The notes under the pieces are model-generated. The model did not search any database, had not been told where the DNA came from, and saw nothing but the letters and a program-made list of their open reading frames with translations. From Carcharhinus longimanus (taxonomy: Eukaryota), in NCBI GenBank assembly GCA_030264375.1, contig JASCQW010000139.1, positions 32,908,127 through 32,972,126 on the forward strand: 64,000 bases of DNA, given 5' to 3'. The number at the start of each line of letters is the position of its first letter. The first letter of the stretch is position 1. A program made the translations under genes and the position numbers. This document shows positions 11,491 through 25,343 of this stretch, in pieces.

Positions 11491-14400
11491 GATGCTTTGC
11501 TGGTACTGTGCAAGAGGAGCACTGCAGACAATGATGTATCCTATTGTGCAGTAAGGTGAGTGGCACAGACACTGACCTCTCCTGCTTGAAAGAGGCAATG
11601 AAATATCGCTAGCACAATCCAAAGGCACACCCACTGCATGCATTGCCAAATGTCCTTTAAAGCATTCTCTGACCCCCAGGGGGTTGAGATATGTCCCAAT
11701 AGATGAGCTGAGTGCATCGTGCAGACTGGGTTTCTGCAAGCCATCTTTACGATGCTGACTAAGAATGAGCTCGCGCATCGGCCTGTGTCCAGCTGGCAGT
11801 AGATTAGCAGAGATGAAAGTGAAAAGTGAAATCACGCACCACAGTAATGACTCCTGTGCACAAACAGGAAGATGCAAGTTACATTTCAATTACACTTTTC
11901 CTTTGATTTGATTCCAAGTGCAGTTTAATTTTTAATCAAGTTACCATATTGCTTGTATGACCTGCTTATCAAATACAGTATTTGCAGAAAAGCTCATGTT
12001 ACAGCAATACACTGTCGGTGCTGGGGTGTTTAAAGATTGCCTTTTGGTAAGACCGGAAAGGACTGGGTACAATGCCCTATTTGTATATAATTCCACTACT
12101 GAAACAGATGCCAGCTGGAACATCGCATCTCCACAGACAAAATTCAATGAAGTGCAATACTGGTGAGAACAAAAAGGAGTTTGAATTTCACAGTCAATAA
12201 AACTTCAAAAGTTTCACCATTGCCTTAAACACTTTTCCTGCGTTACTGAAATAACAGCTGGCTAAATGTGAAAAAAGAAACATTCGAGGCAAAGTGGCTT
12301 CATTCCAGCAAAATTGTGATGGACTGTCTGTCAGAGGGGTTGGTAACTCCTGCATAAGAGTGATTGATTAAAGAGATTGGGCACTCCTAACAGCAAGATG
12401 AAGGATCAAAGAGGTTAATAGATTGATAAGAGAATGACGGAGTCCTATCAAGACTGGGTGTTGGCTATGATAGGAGTGAATAACTATTAGTTGGAAGCAC
12501 ATGTATAGATGGATGGAGGGAATGTTATTCATAGCCTTGAGTCAGTCATGCAATGAATGCTTTTTGGCAAAATTGTTCTTTATCTGAATGGAGTCCATCA
12601 AGCTATGTTTTTCCTACCAGAAATATCTGCAAGGTACTGACATGTGAGCCACATGTTTTAAAACTCCTGGCCTCTTCTGAGTAAAGGAATATTGTGTAGC
12701 ATCAGGACAAAAATGATATATCCAATATGCAAGGATGATCACATAAAATAGATAATGGAAGACAAGATGCCATATGAGCCAGATTTTGCATGAGCCACAT
12801 AGTGAAATTGGCAGCCCTGTTACACTCAGGGCAGGGAACAGCTAAATAGCTGCTTTATCTGATTATATTTTCCCATACTCCATTTCAATATTTACAAATG
12901 TTTTATGATTTTTTTTGCTCTTATCCTCATCCATTTATCACTGAGCCAGTGTCCAGGAGACCAACCCTGCTCTATGCCCTTCATGTTGGTGCAACCTTAT
13001 GCTGGGGTTGCTCCAACCTGTCATTTATTTTGTGTGAACTGTATGTTGGTTTTGACAGGATTCCATTTTGGACAGTAATAATTCTTCGCCTTTCCATGTT
13101 CAGTTGCATAGTTTTAAGACAGTGATTTGTTTTGGGATTGCATTGACCCATGTAACCAGTGATAAACTGAAAGTGCAGATTGCAGCTTATTCTACTCTTC
13201 ATGCATCATAGGCACTCTTGTTGTTTAGAAGTCTTAGTTTAGAAGTTAGTAGCTGTTGAAACTGAGATTCCAAATGTGCTGTAAGTGACAGCACTGGAAT
13301 AAACAAATGTGCAGGCCCCCATTTGTGTATGATCCTCACTTGTAACTTTGCACAAACTAAGAATTTGGTCTGTATATGACTTTGGAACAACCATGTTGTT
13401 TCTTTTCTACTTATCCAACACTTTGGCATAATGTGTGCTGTTGGCAGCTTGCTCGTTCCTTCCCCTGAAGGAGTAAGAATGCTGCTAATTGCACCCAAAG
13501 TGCTGAGCCTACTGTGTATTGAAATCAGAAGGTGGAATATCAGCCCTTTATCACCTCATCCTGCTCAATGGATTAATTCCCTAACTGTATTCAGAGGATA
13601 ATAGGTAAACAACATTGCATTAGATCCTCCAACTTGATTGCTTCTACACCGCTTTCAATAATTAGCAGTAGCTTCACCCCAGAGACACAAGACAATGGGG
13701 AATCATCTGCACACTTCAACATTGGTACCTGTGGCAGCAGTGTGTGAGCACAGACACACAACCTGAAAAACATTTATAACTGTTACTGTAACTGGAATGA
13801 ATAATGTATCATACAATAAGAAGTAATTGGAAAGCTCTGGGACCCTTAAAAGTGAACATTTTTTAAAATGGCTTCAGAATAGGACTTCTACCTTAGAGTC
13901 CAAAATCTGACCAGGCGGGACATTGAAAAAACGCCTATATGCATGCATGAGATGGAGCTGACAGCACCAATAACTCAACTCTCCTTCCATTTACTCTGAA
14001 CCTCATGTTTTCCACAAGCAATTTAAAAAAAGGAGTGTTTATCTTTTGGAAGAAATAAATGGAGCAGTTGTAGCCAGATCACATGTGAATAACATTTCCC
14101 ATTATCTTGGATCAACTTAGACCAACTCGTTGTTACTAATTTGGGAAGAAGCTTACATTTTCAATTCAAAATATCAGCTTATTTTGATGCAGCTAAAGAT
14201 GAACCTACTGAGTGTTTAAATGAACATTTCTCCCACATTGAATGACATGCAGCAATATTACTATCCAGAGTTTCCTTTGGGTGATGGTAGCCCTATTCCA
14301 GTAGGCAGCTGTCCTGAAAATTACTTCCAGAAAATTAAAGGAGGATTCCCAACTTATCATTTACCTCTCAAAACAAGCTGCAGCTTGGAGTTAAATAGTG

Positions 14401-15546
14401 AGGATGAATAAAAAAATGCAGGTTCCAGGCAACTCCCCAGGCCACTCATGGCTATGCAGCAGCATCAGAGACTTGGCCACAGGGTGTTCACCTGCCCTAT
14501 AACTGGAGATTGATAGGTTGGCAGCTGGGTTTGGAACACCACGTGGTGCAACAATGGGGTAGAAAACTGAAAAGGGGAAATAAAATAATATCCAGCCTCC
14601 ACGGTGCTGGGGGCTTGACAGAGGAAGGGAAATACTGATTACAATTCTATAAACACTCTCATGTCTTAACCAACTCAAAAAGGGCTTTGGTTTTAGCAAC
14701 CAAAAGAAAAAACTAAAACTGTCTACACTGATTCTCAGCTGACCATGTGAACCCAGGGTGAGGCTCAACTCCAGGCACCCAGGATGGGGGACTTCTCAGC
14801 AACTGACAGCTTATACTTAAAGTTAATGCTAGCCAGAGTTGCTGAATTTGCAAAACAAGGTGCCAGTACTGACCATTTTGCTTTGTATTTTATGCCACTG
14901 TGTGTGTGGAATTCTCCATAGTGTCCTTTATCCTGCAGTGTAATCTAAAATCTGCAGTACCCCCTAACTCTTTGCTACAAACATTCCAAAGCAGGAATGA
15001 TGATCTCCAGGTATGTCAACCTATAACTATACTTGCCCTGTATAATTAAAAATACCAAAAGGCCTTTAACACCAGAACAAGCAACAAAAGCCATATCACT
15101 CCTCAGTATTCAATATCAACATTGCATTTAAGAGACACAAGTCCAGCAATAGCCATGCAACTTAAATCTGCTTCAACCATCAATCTGTACCAGCCCAAGG
15201 GTAAAGACAAACCAGTGCACCTGAGAGTACCTGAGGTTTCTGCAGGAAGGTGAACTGTAATGTAGATAAATATGGATCCCAAATTAGTCGAGATCAACAC
15301 AGGGGGAAAGTGCAGGATGGCTGAAAGACTGGAAGGTGCCCAAATCTCCAATTGTATAGACATGTGGATCCATTCCTAATTATATAGACATGTGGATCCA
15401 TTACAGGCAAGGCATTTTGTGAATAGTAAAGAACATGATATAGTTGTAATCAGCAGCTGTTTTTTTTTCCTTGTATATTTTTTTCCTCTTTTCATGTTTA
15501 TGATTCTAGCAGTTTAATAGAAGCTTTCTATTGCTTTGTTTGGCAG

Positions 15547-15669
15547 TTTCATCCTCTGTGGCTCTGTAACACCAGTGAAGATGAACAACAAGACTATGAC
15601 TTTGTCAGTATGGTCAAACTGGAGCGTCCTGACCGAGACCCACATCCTTGTCTCTCCCTCTTCAACAAG
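15547..15669 (+). CDS. RNF43: RNF43 coding exon (PA domain; equivalent to human exon 3)
   Basis: Acceptor gctttgtttggcAG, donor GTaggg, 123 nt, phase 0-0. Translates FHPLWLCNTSEDEQQDYDFVSMVKLERPDRDPHPCLSLFNK, resembling human RNF43 as recalled ([41 protein letters not shown]). Both PA-domain Cys, the N-x-S sequon and VKLE are kept; length equals the recalled human exon. Confidence 0.93.
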
Positions 15670-17219
15670 GTAGGGAACGTATACGCACACACGTACATTT
15701 TAGTGATTGATCACTTGAAGATTATATCTAACAAGTATGTTTGATATTTTTTTTAGAAACCTGCATATAAAAGCTGGTCCCAGTCTCAGCAGGCTTTAAG
15801 TTCTGAATTAAAGATATTTAAACATCAGTGCGTTTTTAGGCAACTTCTACGTTCTGAAGAATTTGCCAGGCCGAGCTTGGCTCCACTAAATTCCATCAGT
15901 CTCACCCAGCTCAGATTGGGTATAATTTCATGGGACCAGAAACCTTGCCTTGTCTCAGATCGCAAGTAGTTCTATGAAGTCAGAAGCCCTTTGCCCAACA
16001 AGCCATTCATGTATGAGCTTTAACAGTGTGTACCCACCAGATATTCAACCTGTGGGCCACATTACAACCAAGGCCAGTTATTTGATGTCCAGGTGCCGAA
16101 CTGGAGCTTTCCAGTGTTTGTTGCTGAACTTTTAAAAATCCAGTGATGATGAAAGTGAGGACAGTGCCAGGAGAGTGAATATTTGACGGCACAAAGCACA
16201 CTAACAGATTGACAGCACTATTTAAAGTAGCCACTCCCCTGAAACCAGCATTGCTGGTTTCTATGGTCCCATTTTCCTTGACTCCTTTATTTGTTTGAAT
16301 CGTTCTCTGCCTCTCCCAGCACCTAATCCATACAAGTAAGTACATGTAATAAATTTATGGTAGACCCAATCTGTGTAATTTTGCATTCTCCTTCATCCCT
16401 CTCCCAGACGCTAATTTTCTAGACCTTGAGTCCCAAGTTTCTGTTCCATGCTTATCTTAATCACATTTAATGAAACACTGCAGATTTTGAGGAAATGAAA
16501 ATTTAAAGCTCTTCCAGGTACAGTCACCAGAGACTTGGCCTGTGCAGCTCCTTTTTGGCTTGACTTTTTACGATGTAGCTGAGCAGCTTCGGAGCCATCA
16601 CTCACAGCATCCATTTTTCTTTTGATATGTTTATTCTTTATTCTTCGGTCACAGCAAGCCATCGTGTGTTACCTTTCAACTTTCTGTCCCATCAAACTGA
16701 AATTGATAGATTTCTGTTAGCCAGAAGTATCAAAGGACATGGAGCAGAGGCATTACCTATCAATGGCCTCAGTGACCATGGCCTCTCTGGGGACGGAATA
16801 GGCTAAGGGGCTATATATGGACTTCTCCTGATATTATGTTCAAGACACGCAATGCAAAAAAAAGCACATGAATCTTGTTTTGTGGCTTACAAGCAATTCT
16901 GGGGCCTGAGTCTAGCCTGGTCAATAGCAGCAGTGTTAGCTGCTACTAAGTTGGCACCCTGGTGCATTTTAACTTCACCAACCTGCTTATGATTTTTTTC
17001 TGTTGGAGAGGAATGAAATGTAAGACGTACAGGATGTTTTGATGTTCTGCTTGACTGGTTCAGTGTGAGTGAGAACCTGGTTTTCTTTGGTTGCTTCTTA
17101 CCTCAAGACCATTTCAATTGACCATCACTGCATTGACCTCAAGAATGGCTATCGCATTAACCTTCACTGTCCTGACCACAAGAGTAGCCATTACCCATTA
17201 CTTATTACCATAAGTTCTT

Positions 17220-17612
17220 GAATTTGATTTATTATTGTCACATTTATTAATATACAGTGAAAAGTATTGTTTCTTGCATGCTATGCAGGCAACGCATACC
17301 GTTCATAAAGAAGGAAAGGAGAGAGTGCAGAATGTAATGTTACAGTCAGAGCTAGAGTGTCGAGAAAGATCAATTTAACACGAGGTAGGTCCATTCAGAA
17401 GTCTGATNNNNNNNNNNNNNNNNNNNNNNNNNNNNNNNNNNNNNNNNNNNNNNNNNNNNNNNNNNNNNNNNNNNNNNNNNNNNNNNNNNNNNNNNNNNNN
17501 NNNNNNNTCCTGAGTTATACTGGCTGCTTTGCCAAGGCAGGGGAAAATGTAGACAGAGTGAATGGATGGGAGGCTGGTTTGTGTGATGGATTGGGCTTTG
17601 TTCATGACCCTA
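17220..17612 (-). mobile_element. Rex1/Babar LINE 3' end spanning a gap
   Basis: Minus ORF LHRVMNKAQSITQTSLPSIHSVYIFPCLGKAASI (Rex1 C-terminus); tail ttttcactgta...tgtgacaataataaatcaaa. Confidence 0.75.
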
Positions 17613-17774
17613 TGTAAATTTTTAACCACTGTAGGAGATTTTGTTAAGTATTAAAATGCCCCTTTCTGGGATCAGTAACTGATCCCGAACCATGCTTTAA
17701 TTTTAAAATATCAAGGATTAGTTTATAAATTAAACAAAAGGATTGATTGGAAGGTGTGATCAATTCTACCTCTG

Positions 17775-18660
17775 TTCAGTGAAGAAGCGGAGACCTCTCA
17801 GACCATCCTGGTGGGGTTGGAGGTGTAGAGGGATTGGGCGTCCTTAGTGAAGAGGAGGCGGTTCAAGCCAAGAAACTGAAATTGTTAAAATGATGTGGGG
17901 CTTCAGAAAATTCACAGGTAGGTGAGTAAGAGGAGAAGAAATTGAGTCAAGATGGGAAGAAATGAGTTCGGGGGCAGGAAGAAGCTGAAACAATGGGTTT
18001 ACCCAGGACAGTCCAGTTTGGGGATTTTGGGAAGGCAGAAGCAGGCTTTGTGGGGTTGGGGGTCTGTAAGGTGAGAAATTATGGAAGGAAAATCCCCAGA
18101 GGAGATGAGATCAGTGACAGTCCTGGAAATGATGGCTTGATGTTCGGTGATGGGGTCATGGTCCAGGGGAGTTAGGAAGAAGTGTCTGAGAGTTAAATGT
18201 CGGTACACCAAACAGAATGAACACCACCCTTGCCAGCAGATGTCATGCCGATAGTTCTTAATGAAAAGATCAAGAGCAGGTAAGAGGCCGGGGGGAGGAG
18301 TCCAGGTGAAGGCAGAATGCTGTAGGTGGGTGAGAGGGTCTGCTGGTTTGAGAGCACGAGTGGCAAAGAAGTGAGCATGAAGGTGATGGAACAAGAGCTC
18401 AACGTTATGTGGCGCTCAAACTTAATTGAGATGGGGGTAGTAGTGGATAAAGCTAAGTCCTTTGCTAAGGACTGTTTAGTGTCAGAGAAGGAAAGGTTGG
18501 CGCGTATTCTGAAGAGGGATTCAAAGTAGGGATGAAGTTAGAGAGAAGTGAAAGTGAAGAAAGATCTGGAGCGGACTTAAATGAATTGCTGGCACTTAAG
18601 TTCCTTCATACCTGAGAGGTAGAGAACAGGTTTTTAGTGAAAGCTTCAGATCAGACAAAG
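17775..18660 (-). mobile_element. Penelope-like element, decayed RT ORF
   Basis: Minus frames TWTPPPGLLPALDLFIKNYRHDI, PLDHDPITEHQAIISRTVTDLISSG, LPKIPKLDCPG and LLFTKDAQSLYTS (PLE RT motif DV.SLYT); frameshifted. Confidence 0.8.
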
Positions 18661-18863
18661 GATAAAATGAAACTATGGACCCAGGAACAGCTTTGAGATA
18701 ATTGGTGCTGCTGGAGAGAGAGGTCGAGTGTGTACATATGGTGACACATGGTACTGAGAGTGAATCTCAGGAGCGGGCAGGATCAGCCATTCAAGAAGCT
18801 TTTGTTTGTCACCTGTAACCCTTGGTAGAATCGAAACATGAAGGATGACACTTCAGTTGGAAT

Positions 18864-18943
18864 CATAACATAAGAAATAGGAGCAGGAGTAGGCCATCTA
18901 GCCCTTTGAGCCTGCCCCGCCATTCAGTAAGATCATGGCTGAT
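18864..18943 (-). mobile_element. Young CR1 3' end abutting a gap
   Basis: cataacataagaaataggagcaggagtaggccatctagccc...gatcatggctgat is the reverse complement of 1965-2047. Confidence 0.85.
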
Positions 18944-19044
18944 NNNNNNNNNNNNNNNNNNNNNNNNNNNNNNNNNNNNNNNNNNNNNNNNNNNNNNNNN
19001 NNNNNNNNNNNNNNNNNNNNNNNNNNNNNNNNNNNNNNNNNNNG

Positions 19045-19403
19045 ACACTGGCCCAAATCCATGTATCTGCACAGCTAGCAGTGATAGTCACCGAGCTGTT
19101 GTGGTCCCCCTCCCACCAGAGATCCATCTGCACCCTCGCACCTACTTTGCGTTCCTGGGCCACTTTCTCTACGTTCTGTGGCTCTGGAGCAATCTGACAT
19201 GGGCACGCTTTTTCCAATTTTTTCTAACTGCGCATGCACAGTTCAGAGCTCCAATTGTTCTGGCAGCACTAAGCCCCGCCCAAAGTGCGAATCAGACTGG
19301 AGATGGCTGAGAGTGTAAGGGGGCACCTGAAAGTGGACTTTTAAGTCGGGTCTGTACTACACCCAGAATCAGCACTTAGAATGAAAATGGTAAAACTGGG
19401 CCC
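19045..19403. mobile_element. MITE or non-autonomous DNA transposon (Harbinger-like)
   Basis: GC- and CpG-rich block ending aatggtaaaactgggccc-ta; left end lost in the gap. Confidence 0.45.
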
Positions 19404-21429
19404 TAGGTTTTAAAATTAAAAACACTGATATTATGGAAAAAAACAATTATTTGGCAGCAGTCAATGAACAAGGCATTAACCAGTTTTCATAAAATGAGAG
19501 ATTAGTAAAGTTAAAGATTATCTTAAGTCATTGCTTAACTTCAGAATACTTAGGAATCAAATTTGCACTGAACTTTCATCACTTTTTCAGACAAAAACTA
19601 CCTTTCTTCCTATTGTTTCTTTTGCTGTATCTAATCTAAAGCATCAGACTGAATTTAGCCTTCATGATTGACTGATCCGAGGGAAATAAAGCAGAAGGGC
19701 AATTATCTTAAATTCACAAGTGCTTCATGCCAGTAGGTTTTCATTTCAAATACAGCTAGAAAAGTTGGTGTCTTTGCTTTGGGTTGTTTGATCTTTTATA
19801 GAATATGATAATGTCTATTATAGCATATCTTTTTATTCCTACATAATCTCTGTTAGCATGCAATTTTCTTACCACAAATACTATGCAGTCCATAGACTTG
19901 TACGAAAGGCTGACAGCCCAAAAAACACTTCTAACACACATAAAGTTGACCTACAACTGTAAGGAACTTACGATATTCTGATTTCCCATAAAGAGCAGAT
20001 GATTTCATAAAACATAAATAAGATGTCATTGTAACTTCTCATGACTGACTGATCACTAAAGCTCAACTACTCAGCAAGCAAACATAGCACCATATTGCAT
20101 CTCAGTCTATTTGGCTAGAGACAGACTTGTTACGTTTTGATGCCAATTTGCAAAATTTAAGAATTTTTTAAATGTATTTAACCCACACTCAATTAAGACT
20201 TGGCTGGAAAATGGAGCCAAATAGGTCTGCTTAGTGCTTTTACAAGATTAACCAACATGCTAACCTTTAAAAACTGAAACAGCTTGAAGCCATCAAAACA
20301 GTGAGGAGCATTTCAACTTTCCAAAGAATGCACAAGAGAGATCTAAAAACAAATCTTATAATTGGTTACAGTGTTAGGTGTTTTCATCATAGCAGATGAT
20401 CATTTCAAAGGAGATTTTCTATGTCACGCGTGAACATTTTTCGCAGCGCCATAGCATAAATATGAAGGCAATAAAAATGTCATCAGAAAAATGAATTACA
20501 AAAGGAACATCTTAATAATCACAAAACAATGTGGTAGTGTCCAATCAAACTGAAGACTTGTATGTTAATAGTGGTTGTTTGCCAAAACAAATCACAAAAC
20601 ATTTGGTACAATACTATCATTGCAAAACTTACCTCTGGCAGGTTTGCAAAGCATCCTTCATTGTTCCAATGGCTGCAAGGATATCCTGTTGCTCAAAGGT
20701 CATGGCTGCTTGCATCGCATGCATGGTGCTGTAACCTAGGGCATGGTACATGCTGTTTTTGGACCTGTATTAAAAACAATCAATTATGTATCTGCAGAAA
20801 AAAATCTGAACACTTCAATGGCAAAGAGGGAAGTTCGTACCAGGTAGATTTGCTGTTATCACAATTGAATTACAGAGACATTTTCCTTCAACATTTTTGG
20901 CAAACTTCTCTTCCTTTGTTTTCTTCCATTCATTTCTTATGTTCACATTTTTTGAGCTACATCAATTGATTCTATGCAGTAGCATGGCAAAGTTATTCCA
21001 TTTAAAATCAACAATTGAAAAGGATGCTGCATGAATACCACATTCACAATATGTAATTGAACTGTTTTTTTCTGACTCTATTCCCTTCCCCAGCCTTGAA
21101 GGATTCTTCATTCTGCCATCATTCTTGCTGAGGGATAAATATTGTAAAAACTTGATGTCTGTGTCGATATGCACAATCTTCTTGGAGATCCTCTCCAATA
21201 CATAGAACAGCAAAGTGTGTCAAAAGAGCCAGTAAGAACTACATAAAAGGAAGTATGAAAATAAACCTGCGTAGCATCTCAAAATCAGTGTGTTTTTGTA
21301 ATTACATTGGGGAGAAAGGTGGTCAGGAACTATATGGGCCCCTTGAAAACTGGTGCTGATATTGTTAATGATACTTAAGAAATAGACCTGTCGAATAATT
21401 AATTTTAATTAGTATTTAGAGTAGAAGAT

Positions 21430-21530
21430 GGGTGGTACAGTGGCCTGGGTAAGATGTTCTTTCAGAGAGTTGGTGCAGACTCAGTGGGCCAAATTGCCTC
21501 CTTTTACGAAGAATTCTGTGGTGCTATTCT
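21430..21530 (+). mobile_element. Internally deleted HE1-type SINE
   Basis: Head gggtggtacagtgg fused directly to the tail gcctgggtaagatg...gtgcagactcagtgggcc. Confidence 0.55.
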
Positions 21531-21534
21531 ATAG

Positions 21535-22023
21535 GACAAGGACAGCATGCTGGAAGTACCAGTGGAACTAACATTAAATCAAAGACAGTTATTTATGAAA
21601 ACTAACATAAGGGGAAAAAATGTCATTGAAGAGTCTCGGATCCCCCAAGACCAGATGGTGTCCATCCCAGGATTTTAAATAAGCAAGTTAAGAACATTGC
21701 AGATGCCCCAAGTATAATCTTGATTCAGGAACCATTTCTTTAGATTAAAAATCATGCATATCACTCCACAATTTAAGAAAGATGAGAAGAAAACCAGGGA
21801 ATTTTTAGATTAGTTAGCCTAACATGAGTTGTCAGGAGATTACTGGAGCCTGTGATTAAGAATAGGGTGACTAAACAGCTTGAAAATTTTCAGATGATCA
21901 GGGAGAGCATTTATAAAGGGTAGGTTACGCCTGATACACCTGACTGAAATTTTTGAAGTGGTTGCTAAAGTATTTAACTGGGGAATATCTAAACGTGTTA
22001 TTTACATGGATACCCAGAAGGCA
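21535..22023 (+). mobile_element. Decayed CR1 ORF2 fragment
   Basis: Remnants of SP.PDG.HPRIL, FKK..EKPGN.R.VSLT, CL..LTEFFE and VIYMD.QKA. Confidence 0.7.
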
Positions 22024-23235
22024 GAGTTCCAGATTCCCACCACCTTTGGGTGAAATGTTTTTCCTCAAGTCTTCAGCCCTTTATCTTTAAATCTATGCTC
22101 CCTGGTTATTGATCCCTCTACAAAGAGGAAAAGTTTCTTGCCATCTATACTATATAATTTTGTACAGTTTAATTAGGTCCCTTGCCTCAACCTTCTCAGC
22201 TCTAAGGAAAACAAACCTAGCCTGACCAGCCTTCCTTCATAACTGAAATGCTCCACTCTAGGCAACATTATGATAAATCTCCCCTGCACCCTTTCTAGTA
22301 CAATTACATCCTTCCTATGCAGTTACAGAACTGCACACAGTACTCCAGTTGTTGCCTAACAAGCATTTGATACAACTCTGTCATTCTGTGCCTCATCTAA
22401 TAAAGGCAAGTATCCCAGATGCTGCCTTAACCACCTTATCTACCTGTCTTGCTGCGTTCAGGGATTTTTGGACATGCACCCCAAGGTCCCTCTGGTCCTC
22501 TACTTCCTAGCATCCTACTGTTCATTGTGTATTCCCTTGCTGTGTTAGTTCTTCCAAGATGCACCACCCCTCACATTTTGGGGTTAAATTCCATTTGCCA
22601 CTGTTCTTCCCATCTGACCAGCCTATCTATATCATCCTATAATTTAAGGCTTTCCTCGTCACTACCTCCTACTTTCACGTCTAGATCATTAATGTACACT
22701 ACAAACAGTAAGGGACCCAGCACTGATCCCTCCAGTACACCACTGGACACAGGCTTACGGTCACACAAACAACTTTTGGCCATTACCCTCTGCCTCCTGC
22801 CACAAAGCTAATTTTGGATCTAATTTGCCAAATTGCCCTGGATCTCATGGACTCTTACCTTCTTGATTAGTCTGCCATGCAGGACCTTGTCTAAAACCTT
22901 ACTGAATTCCATGTATACTACATCAACTACACTACCCTCATCTACACAACTAGTTATCTCAAAGTTAAGTCAAATTTCTTCGACATGATCTCCCCTGACA
23001 AACTGACTATCCTTTGTTAATCCTTGCCTCTCCAAGTGGAGATTAATCCCGTCCCTCAGAATACTCTTCCAGTAATTTCCCTACCGGTGATGTTAGATTC
23101 ACTACCTTGTAATTATCTGTTTTTTTTCATATTTCCTGCCTTGAATAATGGTACCACATTTAGATGTTCTCCTGTTCTCTAGCACCTCTCCTGTGGCTGT
23201 AGAAGATTTTAAAATTAGCTTCAACATGACAGACT
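22024..23235 (-). mobile_element. Decayed CR1 ORF2 (RT to C-terminus)
   Basis: Minus strand SSGVLEGSVLGPLLFVVYINDLD and VVYMEFSKVLDKVLHGRL. Confidence 0.8.
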
Positions 23236-24649
23236 CTCTTACCTTCTCTTTAAACAGTACCTAATCAACATCCACACATCACTTGGGATGAATCTGACCT
23301 GAATTGTTAGTCTCTTGTTCAGCAGTTTATCAAAAGAATTTTAGAATCTTGGTGTCACATGGTGTTCCTTTGTCTAATTGGCTCTCGTCTCTTTAAAATT
23401 GTTTGTGGATATTCAGACACAATCTACCTCTTCTGAAGCCAATTGCTGAGTTTAGTTAAGTAATCTTTATTCTACTTTGGGCAAAAATTCAACAATTAAT
23501 GTTTAGTCCAACTAGTAATGCTTCATTTTCCAATGCCAATGACTGCCTATTGTTGCTGGAAAGGCAAACATGATTGTTGGTACAATATGTAATGACAAGA
23601 TTTTCCACTGGATGGCATCCTGAATTACTAAACAACAGCTTTCAAGTAATATATAATTCAAAACATAAATTGATCACTTTCAGTTTGTGAAGGAGAGCTG
23701 TGTCAATACACAATGAAAATTAAAGGAACAAATTAAAAGAAAAAATGAATCAATCCATTGTGTAGCCCTTAAATTACAAATTGTGATTGAACTGTGTAAA
23801 GTAAAGCAGCGACCAAAAAAAGCTAGAATAATCGTTACCATAAAGAAAACGGGAAAAGTTTAATTCAATTTTCAGATCTAATTGAAAAAGTAAATTTAAA
23901 AGTTTAAAAAAAGTAAAATTAAAGTAGTAAAAAGGGTTTTGAGACTAGACTAATTATGTAATAGCCTCAGGTTTCATTTTAATTGTGGCTGATTAAAGTG
24001 CTTGGTGCCTCTATCATAAACAAAATGACAAAATTGTATATTTCTTAGTTTGCTTTATTCCGTATAGTATTTTTAGTGGAGGTTCTTCATGGAGGAAAAT
24101 CAGAATACCACCTTAGATATTGTGACTTCACTCTCTGATTTCCCCCTCCATTTATTTTTTGAACTAATTCTTGACATTAAACTGTAAGAAAACAGCCATT
24201 GTCAGCTTTCTGTTCACTAATGTTTAAGTGGAAACATCTCTGGGGGGGGGAAATATCTTCCCAAATAACTGACAGCTGCACTTTATGAATCCCAAGTAGT
24301 CAGTTGCTTTATTATGATATATTTTTCAGCCGTTAATCTGCTCAACTTTGTCCACTTTTAAAGCTTTTGTCTCAAAAAAAAACTTGATTCTCTCCCAAAT
24401 CTGTCCAATTCCTTTGCCTTGTCTAGTGAAGGGGTACAAACAAATGTATGTGTTACAGAACTGGTTAGCCATCAATCTCAAGAACGGATTGAATCACATC
24501 AAGCACTATTAAGCCTCACTCTTATCTATATACTGGCTCTCGAACATGCTGGAGAAAGAGATTATCTGTTTCTATTCATCACTATCAACTATCTCTTTAA
24601 TTCCTTCCCCGTCTACTTCACCCTAACTTCCAATAAATGAAATGAGCTC

Positions 24650-25340
24650 ACCAACTCTATTCTTGGCCATTCTCTCAAGCTGAATCAAATTATATCCCCT
24701 TGTTTCCTGTTTAACCCTGAGCTGAACTTGAAGCCATTTATTTCCCTCCCCACTAATTCCATTCCATTCCATTCCATTCCATTCCCTAGTCACTGTCCGA
24801 GACTCAATGTCCCAAGCTGATCTTCAGATCCTTTAATGCTCTCCATCACAAAAGACTACCTACTTCAACCATGGTAACCATTGTTCCCTCAGCCTATCTG
24901 TTGCAGAAGCCCTCATTTATTCATTTGTTATCTTGACTGAGCAATTCCAATGGTCTCCTGACTAGCCTCTCATTCTCCACCTTCCATAAGCATACGGCAA
25001 TCCAAAAGTCTGTAGCCCCTTTTCTATACCACACCCCATCCTACTCGCTCATCATCAATTCCTTGCCTGTGTAAATTGACTCTCTGGCCTCCCAAAACAA
25101 CAAATTTAAACTTTTCGTTCTTATGTTTAAACCCTTTCACAGCCCCTCCCTTTCAATCTAATTTCCTCCAGCTCACAACTTCTATCCTCCTGATCACACA
25201 CCCTCTTTTTTTTTCTGCATATCGCCTCCTTTTATCTCAGTACTATTAGTCATGCCTGAAGGCTATGCAGGTTTAGAATGTTGTAGAATGTTCTCTATGA
25301 ACTTTTCCACCTCTTTCCTTTGAAACCAATCTGTCTGGCT
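24650..25340 (+). mobile_element. Decayed L2 LINE fragment
   Basis: gaagccctcatttattcatttgttatc..ttgac..ttccaatggtctcctgactagcct resembles the L2 C-terminal L.HAFV.SRLDY.N.LL.GL region. Confidence 0.55.
24756..24785. repeat. (ATTCC)n microsatellite
   Basis: About 6 consecutive attcc units. Confidence 0.9.
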
Positions 25341-25343
25341 GAA

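Noticed and set aside
19900-20430. Possible additional solo LTR (also about 6190-6660 and 2330-2530)
   Set aside because: LTR-like composition only; matching termini and TSD could not be established.
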